NCBI RefSeq assembly: GCF_006345805.1
Contig: NC_043018.1
Location: 744,001 to 808,000, forward strand
Direction of reading: 5' to 3'
DNA length: 64,000 nt
DNA from: Octopus sinensis
Lineage: Eukaryota
Positions 54,846-64,000 of this stretch are shown in pieces. The notes under the pieces were generated by a model, which saw only the letters and a list, made by a program, of their open reading frames with translations, was not told where the DNA came from and searched no databases. Numbering within the stretch: position 1 is the first letter of the stretch; every line of letters starts with the position of its first letter. Made by a program: the position numbers and the translations under genes.

Positions 54846-55249
54846 GTAAATTGTGACATTTCCCAGCTTCTGTAGATAAGATATTAATTACAAGTTAACA
54901 GGAGTTAACCTCTTATAAACTACTGCATCAACTAAATGTTTCTTCCCAAAATCAGGGAGGCCATGAAAAAAATGAAAATAAGCAAAATTCAATAGCATCG
55001 AATATGAGTGAAATGATGTCGGGTTGATCATGTAGACGAATAGTGCTGAGTATATTCTCATTGTACCATCACCGGCCTGACTCAAAACAGGAAAAAAGAT
55101 AACAAAAAACGTTATTATCTTCATGGCTTTCATTAAGGTTTGCACTTGATATTTTAAATTATGAATACATATAGATTTAAACAGAAGTTTAAAAAAAGCA
55201 CCTTAAGGGATTGAAAATACCCGATGAATTACTGGTTCTTTACCTATTA

Positions 55250-55390
55250 TAAGGTTGTCCCAAACGTTCGTAGAAAGTCTTGGAAAATAATGGTCTTTAT
55301 TTTGAGGAATAATTTTTGTTGTTTTTGTTAGTACTTGGCGAGTAAAAATTCAATTTTTGCAAGTGTTTACGAACTTTTGGGACAACCTAA
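55250..55390. mobile_element. mariner-type MITE, about 141 bp, 23-bp TIRs, TA TSD
   Basis: The ends read TA|TAAGGTTGTCCCAAACGTTCGTA ... TACGAACTTTTGGGACAACCTAA|TA. Confidence 0.85.
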
Positions 55391-56675
55391 TATTTTCTTG
55401 AGAACAGCAATATACCTAATCTAATAGGTATAAATATAAATCTTGGTTCATAAATATCCAAATTAAAATACAGAAAATGGAGAATTAGCGTTAATATAAT
55501 TCATTAACTAATTTATTGAATTTGTCAACCTTTCAAGACTCAGGTTGTGACTTTAGCGCAGTGATGTCTTTCACAACCTGTAAATCTCTTTCACTACTTT
55601 AAACCACTTTGTATTGTCACTTCAATTAATGTTCATAACTGTATGATTTGATCTAAAAGAACTAAGATTAAAAATAAATAATCCATTCCTAGTCTCATCT
55701 TAGTTTAGTGTATTTTATTACTTCGTTACACGGCATCGTATGTATTAGGTCTTCTTTTAAATTTGGTGACCAGGGTAGAGGAGGTTTAGGAGTTCAAGCT
55801 ACCACGTGGAACAGTTTGCAATATTCATTCATTACTAGTGGACAGTACTTTGTGTACATAATGGAATTTGGATATATATATATTACGGCCATGAAGCATG
55901 ATAATATATCTTAAAATATCAATTATAATGTTTAAACATGATATATGTAAAGTATAATTTACAATGAATAATAATAGTACATTACTTTAACACCTTCTTA
56001 TGCTCGTCGTGATGTTGAATAACATATCAAAGAAAAAGGAATAAAAGAAATATTTTAAACATGTTGGGTAGAACACATTCGACGGCTATTTTCATCAGTG
56101 TTAGATTTTGTCTAACCGACATGAAATAACAAATATCTATATTGCACTGATCCTGGATTTAGCGGATAAGATACTATTGTATTTAAAGTTCATTGACTCG
56201 TCGAGCTACAAATAGTCATTAAATCTACATCAAATTATGTAGCTTCATCATCAGAAAGCGATGCTGCAAAAAATGAAAAGGAACAGGTAATATTAGGAAA
56301 AGGTTTATGTTAAAAACTGGTAATGGCAATAATAAATTGGTTCATAATTTTCTTTAATTAAATTTGACCGTAAATAATACCATCAGTATCAATAAATTAA
56401 ATTAAAGGAATGAGGAAAATGGGATGTAAAGAGTGCAAGGTTAGACAATTGCAGTGCAATTTATTTTTATCATTTTCCTTAGTAGATCGGCTATCACGGT
56501 GCAACGGAGGTCAGGGTTATAATCAACATCCATAAGAGAAGATCTATACAAAAATCAATGCAACTGAAATAATTTATGCTTGTTTTATTTTTAATTAAGT
56601 GGAAATAGGCCAAATATTCATAAAGTAAACTGTTGTTATTTAAAATAACTATTCAACACTTAAAGCGTGCAACGT

Positions 56676-56865
56676 TGGCGAGCTGGCAGAAATGCTACTA
56701 CGCAGGGGGAAATGCATAATGGCAGTTCGTATGTCTTTACGTTCTGAGATCAAATTCCTGGTGGCTGACTTTGCCCTTTCGGGCTTGATGAGAGAAATTA
56801 CCAGCTGATCACTGAGATTGATACAATCGACATAAATTGCTGACCTTGTGAGAAAATTTGAAGAC
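56676..56865 (+). mobile_element. Degenerate family M SINE
   Basis: It has the ggcgagctggcagaa head and the gtctttacgttctgagatcaaattcc and gactttgccctttc blocks. Confidence 0.7.
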
Positions 56866-57591
56866 AATATCTCTCTATTTTTTGAGATGCATAATCTTTG
56901 AAGAACATTTTTTATTATACAATAATTTTGTTTGCAAGAGAATGTAGCACCGCGACTATTTAACATTATTTCAATAAAACGAATCACACAAACAATAATG
57001 TAATTTTGGTTCTCCTTTCCTGATCTAGAAGATATTTGAATAAAGATGTTTCAGTTAAGAAAATACCATAATTTAACCATACATCGTATATCTTCAATGA
57101 TACGACGTGTCTAGATGTATCTTTAAAGTGGTAGATTACTTGAACACTTTCAGTGTTTCTCATTTGATGTTGGTAGTAAATAGTATTATAGTTGTTGTGG
57201 TTGCTGTTAGACCTATATTTCCTGTTCTCGAGCACGCTTATCATGAAGGGTGCTTACGCCGGTCGTTTTTCGAAATAGATTGTATAAAGGTGAGATTATT
57301 TTAAATATACATGTGTGTTCCCATATATAAAAGTCAAGGTGCGATTTTGTGAAAGATATGTAACAACTGTTTCTAGCAGAATTATCATGTTGAAGATACA
57401 TTTTGGTAAAAGAGATTCACTCGGTCTAAAAACAAAACGAATCCAAATAAAAAAAAATATATTTCAATTGTGGGAATAATTATTATTAGTAGAATTTATT
57501 TTAATAGTCTATTACATTAAATTACTTACAAATCAAGCAAGCAGCCAATTGAGTTATATTACTCTTTTCTAATTCAATGTATATATATATA

Positions 57592-57632
<41 letters not shown>

Positions 57633-57633
<1 letters not shown>

Positions 57634-57840
57634 CGGGAAGCTTTATGAAAATAAACAAAAGACGAAGGCAGGTGGAATACAAACAAACAATTGTATTAGT
57701 ATGGCGCTCAGGAATATAAATAAAACAAGTCTTTTACGTTTCGAGCCTACGCTCTTCAACAGAAAGATACACAGAAAAGAAACAAAGAAAGAAACAAGGA
57801 GAGAAAAAAAATGCGTGCAGAGGCTAGCGAATCAACATAT
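57633..57840 (-). mobile_element. (TA)n-embedded Penelope-like pLTR fragment carrying a minimal hammerhead
   Basis: It is flanked by (AT)n on both sides and is homologous to 26978-27170. Confidence 0.7.
57730..57767 (-). ncRNA. Minimal type I hammerhead-like motif with a variant core
   Basis: The sequence reads TCTTT-CTGTTGA-A-GAGC-GTAG-GCTC-GAAA-CG-TA-AAAGA. It has a 5-bp stem I, a 4-bp stem II and a palindromic ACGT stem III. Core position A6 is replaced by U. Confidence 0.65.
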
Positions 57841-57844
57841 AGTT

Positions 57845-57902
<58 letters not shown>

Positions 57903-58039
57903 CCGAAACTCTGTGTATAGACATGTGCAAACCCCTCGCAGTAGTACACAAACGGAGTAAAACATCGGAACTAAACGCTCTTAACACGTCAATAAATAAC
58001 CGAACTCGCTACCAACTATGCACTAATACTGTCTATACG

Positions 58040-58113
<74 letters not shown>

Positions 58114-58641
58114 TTAATGATATTGGCTTATAAGCATTGTCTTGTTGAAAGGTAAATAGCTTATTCATTTGCAGAAAAAAATTATAAATCTGGATTAAAA
58201 CTAATTCGGACGCTTATTACTTGTGCTGTCACGAATATACTCAATATAAAACCGATACTTTACATCTATCTTTTTCATACACTCATGGCTAAATACTATA
58301 CATTTATTCAAACAGAAGGAGAATATGCACTGAAAGAGAACCGTGCTTTGATCTTAAGAATATTATACGATAGTCATATTTTCCAGATGAGAAACCTGAA
58401 TTTTAGAATGAATATATAATAATTTTTATTCTTTTTACATTTCCTCTTGTTTCCATTATTTTCATCTCTAAAGAGATTAGTTGTTACTTCTGTGTTCTAC
58501 TCCAGATGTGTACAGAGAAACAACATGGATTTAAACATAGGGAAATTTTATTTCTAAATGAGGTGTAAAGTTCTTACAAACATACTCGGAGTTGCATCAG
58601 GCAGAGTAAAATAAAAAAAAAGAATGGAGAAACTATTGATG

Positions 58642-58842
58642 ACCCGTGATGAAGCCGCTCACTCCAGATGTAGCAGTGCAACGGCAAACGATCTTCCAGC
58701 GATGATCAATACGTCTTTATCTAATGGTAGTGTTCTTAGAACCCGTGATTAAGCCGCTCACTCCAGATGTAGGAGTGCAATGGCAAACGACCTTCCAGCG
58801 GTGACCAATACGTCTTTATCTAATGGTAGTGTTCTGAGAACT
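58642..58842 (+). repeat. 99-bp tandem duplication (2 copies)
   Basis: ACCCGTGAT.AAGCCGCTCACTCCAGATGTAG... starts at 58642 and 58741, with about 7 differences. Confidence 0.92.
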
Positions 58843-59623
58843 ACGTAATACGTGTCATTCACCGCATTCGATGCTGGGTGTTTACAAGATATTCCATGTG
58901 TATTTCTAACGACCACCTAGAGATTTTCTTAGTTGTCTTTTGTGTACACGAGGTCATTCAATCTGGTGTTCGAACAGTTCTTCCTTCTCCAAAGATGATC
59001 TTCGCTGCGATTGCATTAATGTTATTCTTCAATGAGAATGCTAATTAGAAATCCGGCTTCGTTAATGCTAAACAGTATTTGTCAGTGTCGACAGGATTGC
59101 AATGAAAGGTTTCTGTGATTCAGGAGAAAACAAAAAAAAAACAGAAAAAAAAACAGTACGATGTATAGAATAGCAGGGGGTTGATTGTATGGCGAAGGGG
59201 TTGGAGGAGCAAGATGTTGGGGCAGATTGGGGAATGCTAGAGGAAAGAAACCAACAAAAACAAAACACACAGAAAAAAACTGTCATCTTTAATTAAGTGA
59301 AATATTTTTTTTTATTTCATTTATTGAATATAGTTTCATGTTTTTTTTTTTCGTTTGATTATTTATTTCTTCAACAAACAGAATTATTGATTTTATCAAT
59401 ATTATTACAGGTTACAATATTCTCAACATTCAATAACACCTAAACAAAAAGAAAAAAACGAACACACGCACACACACACACACATACGCAACAATACTAG
59501 TAACAACAAGCAGGACGACAAAAACAACAACAACAACAACAACAGCTGCAAAAACAATCTCATGTTCCATTCACTCTGCCGCAACAACAACACAAACAAC
59601 AACTAACAGCGACAACAACAGCA

Positions 59624-59654
<31 letters not shown>

Positions 59655-59678
59655 GTTCCGCTGCTACTGCTACTATGG

Positions 59679-59718
<40 letters not shown>

Positions 59719-61158
59719 TACTACTACTAGTAGTATTACTGCTACTGTTGCTGGTACAGTGTCAAATTTTCACTACTACTACCACTACTACTACTACTAC
59801 TATTGCTACTTCTACTACTACTACAACAACAAAAACTACTACTAGTAGTGGTAGTAGTAGTAGTCGTAGTAGTAGTAGTAGTAGAGTAGTAGTAGTAGTA
59901 GTAGTATTGACTATCTCTAAATACTATTAAATGGTTTTTATCCTGATTTCTTTTTGCAGATTCGTTTTTGCGGTTTTTGCAAGGAGACAATGCTATACAG
60001 CTATTAGTGATGGATATTAATGAACCGTGTTCGAATCTTGTAATGGTCATCATTTCCAGTTATACCTTCCCAATGGATTATGGGACAACAATTCGTAAAA
60101 CGCGTTCAATATAAATGGCTGCATCATTCGGACACTCATTTGTAACTTCTTCCACACCAGGAAAAGGATTACGGGCATAACAACTGATTCGATTTATTGT
60201 CGTCAGTGTTAGATTAACGAATTGTCGCGTCTGCGCTGGAGCACGTCTAATCCGACACGCTTTAATGTTCTGGAGCCGTGGAAGTAGATTATGGAGAGGG
60301 AAAGAAGGCTTCAGAATAGTAGTTAAATACGGACTATCACGAGGTTCACCAATAATATCAGGATGATGATGATGAAGATGATGATGATGAATATGCTGAT
60401 GATGATTATGATGATGATGGTGATGATGACGAGGAAGATGATCTTGTTGTCCACGACAATGACGACGACGACAAAGATTGTAATAACGGTAGAGATGATG
60501 ATGATGATGGTGATGATGATGATAACGATAATGATGACGAGAATGAGGATGACGATGAAGATGATGGTGAGGAGGAGGACGACGATGGTGATGTCGACGA
60601 CGACGGCAACGATAACGACGATGATGGTGATGATGAAGATGATGATGATGATGGTGACGACGGCGATGGCGACGAAGAGGAAGTTTGCGATGGTGGTAAT
60701 GATGATAATTACAGCAGAAAAAAAAATTGAAATTGATAACAATAACATCAATTACAACGCTGATATGAATAATATTATTAATTGCCTTAAGGAAACAAAT
60801 ACAGAAAAATGTACTAACTTGCATATGTACAAAAACACACACATAGACACACATATAAATACACATTGATACACACACTCACATGCACACTCTCAGAAAA
60901 AATAAAATACTAAAACATTTGTTATAAAAATTAGCTGCCATCACAATAATTTTGTAATATATAATTTATCTATGGATGCATAAATACGTATCTATATACT
61001 TCATTATATATATATATATATATATACATATAGACACACACACACACATATATATATATATGTATATATATAATATGAATATATATATATATATATATAT
61101 ACATATACACACACACACACATATATATATGTATATATATAATATGTATATATATATA

Positions 61159-61227
<69 letters not shown>

Positions 61228-61912
61228 TGTGTGTGGTTGTGTGTATGCACATATCCACGTCTATTTCTCTTTCGATTTATATATGTATAGTATGTATACA
61301 TAAATATATATATATATGTATTTGTATACACATATCTATATAAATATTTGTGTGTGTATGAGTGTGTATATATAGAAATATATTTATATGTGTGCATACA
61401 CACACACGCACACGCACACACACATATATATATATGTATAATCTATAGAGATAGATAAGTACGTTCATTCATACATATATACGTATATGCATACATACAT
61501 TCATATATATATACATACATACATGCATGCATGCTCACATACATATATATATGTAGAAACAAACTATGCATATATATATATACGGGCATTCACATACAGA
61601 TATAGAAGATGGTTTGTATTATCAAAATTATTGAAGAAATTACCTTCCAAAATAGATAAATTTTCCGCGGGGAAAACGGTAATTATGCGCTTCTTATCTC
61701 TTGAGTGGCGCAGAACATCACAAATCAAAAATATCGTGCGAACAGACGGAGTGGTACAAGAAAATTAAAGAGAGGATTTAAAGATTCTGTTCCATACAAT
61801 ATAATAATTTTATACACACGCACACACACACACACACTTATATATACTTGCATGTGCGTGTATGTCTCTCTCTCTGCTTATATATAAATGCATATATGTA
61901 TATGCATATATA

Positions 61913-61960
<48 letters not shown>

Positions 61961-62149
61961 TTATACACATATTCATATGCACTCTGACGTCTATACTCAG
62001 CAATATTTTTCCATAAGTGTATGGATTTACAGATCAGACAATTAAACCCATGAATCTCTTTCTTTTTGAACTTTTTCTAAGACTAAGTCGTTTAAATGTC
62101 AATATATAATATATAATTACATTGTTTTGTACACTTTTCTATATTATTG

Positions 62150-62300
62150 CTTTCAAATTTTAGCACACGGCCTACAAAATCGGGTGAGTTTGAAAATCGA
62201 TTAGATTGACCTCAGTAGTTAATTGGTACATATTTTATAGACACCAAGGGGACACAATTTAATGTTGCCCTCAGTAGATCTGGAACACAGTACGAAGAAT
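62150..62300 (-). mobile_element. Degenerate family M SINE, interrupted by a younger SINE
   Basis: The blocks tcgattagattgacctcagt, tggtacatattttatagac and gttgccctc are present. Confidence 0.5.
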
Positions 62301-62305
62301 AGAGT

Positions 62306-62566
62306 GGAAGCGCGTAGCTTAGTCGTTAGTGTGTCGGGATCATAATCGTAAGGTTATCGTTTCGATTCCCGAACCGGGCGACGTGTTGTGTTCTTGAGCA
62401 AAACACTTCATTTCACGTTGCTCCAGTTCACTCAGCTGTCAAAAATGAGTAACGCTGCGACGGACTGGCGTCCCGTCCAGCTGGGAAACGCAAACGCCAT
62501 TGAAACCGGGAAACAGGGCCCGTGAGCCTGGCTAGGCTTTAAAAGGGCGCATCTAGTTTTTATTCT
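62306..62566 (+). mobile_element. tRNA-derived SINE, family D: family B-like head and CORE with a different 3' half
   Basis: The head and GTTCTTGAGCAAAACACTTCATTTCACGTTGCTCCAG match the 8409 copy. It then continues CTGCGACGGACTGGCGTCCCGTCCAG. An imperfect TSD TACG(A/T)AGAATA is at 62291-62301 and 62567-62577. Confidence 0.85.
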
Positions 62567-63550
62567 TACGTAGAATACAACGAAAAATTATTACCGCTAA
62601 TAATTTTTCGTAGTGTTACCAATCATATTTCCAACGTGAATATCTGGTGTTATTGAAGTTGTGTTTATAAGTATATAAAAATTCATGTATTTATTTAGAA
62701 AACCCCTGCTTCTGTGTTGTGGAAAGATTCCGACCATCATTTCAGTAACAAAACCGTAAACTGACTCATTGTTATAAAACAACCTTTGATAAAGTGCGTT
62801 GAGTAGTGAATCTTGTATATAATTTCTCCCTACCTGCTTCGGTACATTATATATATATCTCCAATAGTTTCGAAAGTACATGTATTAAAAGGGAACGCAG
62901 TGTAAATAACGGACAGAGTCAAAACTATTGAAAAGGTTGCAAAACGCAACGAAAATTTTAGAAAATAAAAATAAGAAAATAAAAGTGGAAATTCTACCGG
63001 TGAGTGTGTTAAATAATAAGGTACTAAAAGAGAATGACTCTCCCCAGATAAAACAGTATATGCTTCAACAAACGAACTCATATAAAGAATCCTGCAAACC
63101 AAATCCAAAAACGAAACATGTATTATAGTTTTATGGATTATATAATCATTAGTTGATACATACAGTTTCTATGTTTTCGCTCATAACTAGTATTACTGTA
63201 TAACTATAGATTAATCAATGGAGTCTTAATGAGGTGTTATTACATTCTTTGTGTTTTACAAGCTCTCCCTTAACATATGTTACCAAACAGAGGTATTTGA
63301 AGGAATATTGATTTCGTCTTAAGTACAGTTTACATAAGAATGTGGTCGTGAAGATTATGGCTATAATGCTTGTGGTTTTATGTCTGTCAGATCAGACTTG
63401 ACTTACGGTTAAATAAAAGACCGATGATGTCGTTTCCTTTGATCACAAAGATCAACAAGGAAGAATGCAGAATGATATTTCTTTGGTGAAATTTAACATG
63501 AAAGCAGGAAGTCTAAGATTAATACGTTCAACAAATAAACACACACACAC

Positions 63551-63587
<37 letters not shown>

Positions 63588-63617
63588 ATATATATATATA
63601 TATATACTACATACATA

Positions 63618-63618
63618 C

Positions 63619-63690
<72 letters not shown>
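63618..63690. repeat. (GATA)n microsatellite
   Basis: Directly visible. Confidence 0.96.
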
Positions 63691-63692
<2 letters not shown>

Positions 63693-64000
63693 ATACATAG
63701 ATATTGATTGGCAAAAGGGAGAAAACTGTTCAAATGGCATTTCTACTAATGTTGACTCTAAATCTAGTTTGAAATCGAATTCAAAGGGGAATATGTATAA
63801 ATATTCACGAACTAAAGAGAGCAAAAAATGTAAAATCGAGAGAAATTTATCCCTACAAATAGCGAACAATTTGACAATTTTAGAAAGAAAATATTCTTAT
63901 TGTATATGACAATCGGAAAATGAGAAATGCTTTAGAAAATCGATATTAATATCAAAAGCAAATGTTAACCTTAGATATTGAAAAATATACTTGCTAGAAC

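Noticed and set aside
56070-56102. Minus-strand AACA-CTGATGA...GAATG-TGTT
   Set aside because: There is no stem II or stem III and no NUH triplet.
56140-56162. miR-92-like TATTGCACTGATCCTGG
   Set aside because: There is no hairpin partner and the 3' half diverges.
62860-63128. Possible exon with donor CG|GTGAGT near 63000 and a Lys/Asn-rich ORF
   Set aside because: All frames from the candidate acceptor hit stops, and the composition reflects A-rich DNA.

Overview
An AT-rich eukaryotic window dense in microsatellites, with no convincing host protein-coding exon. It is intergenic or deep intronic. The tRNA-derived SINE families and the (AT)n/(CA)n/(ATC)n load resemble an octopus (coleoid cephalopod) genome; this is inference from recalled repeat families, not a database result. 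Nearly all ORFs in the track are translations of simple repeats. Supported content: at least four tRNA-headed SINE types, several with TSDs; three tandem SINE arrays; decayed R4-clade and RTE-clade LINE reverse-transcriptase fragments; a probable decayed Penelope-like ORF; two TA-flanked Tc1/mariner-superfamily MITEs; and a Helitron-type 3' end. The most notable signal is a dispersed set of type-I hammerhead-ribozyme motifs of the Penelope pseudo-LTR kind: 46017-46091 (+), 47033-47085 (+), 57730-57767 (-), a decayed copy at 27066-27103 (-), and half-motifs near 4339, 47484 and 54605. Most lie about 80-200 nt upstream of a (TA)n tract. They show recurrent non-canonical features: U.U at the base of stem II, a CUGUNGA core, and very long stem II. 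One overlaps a 64-bp fold-back.
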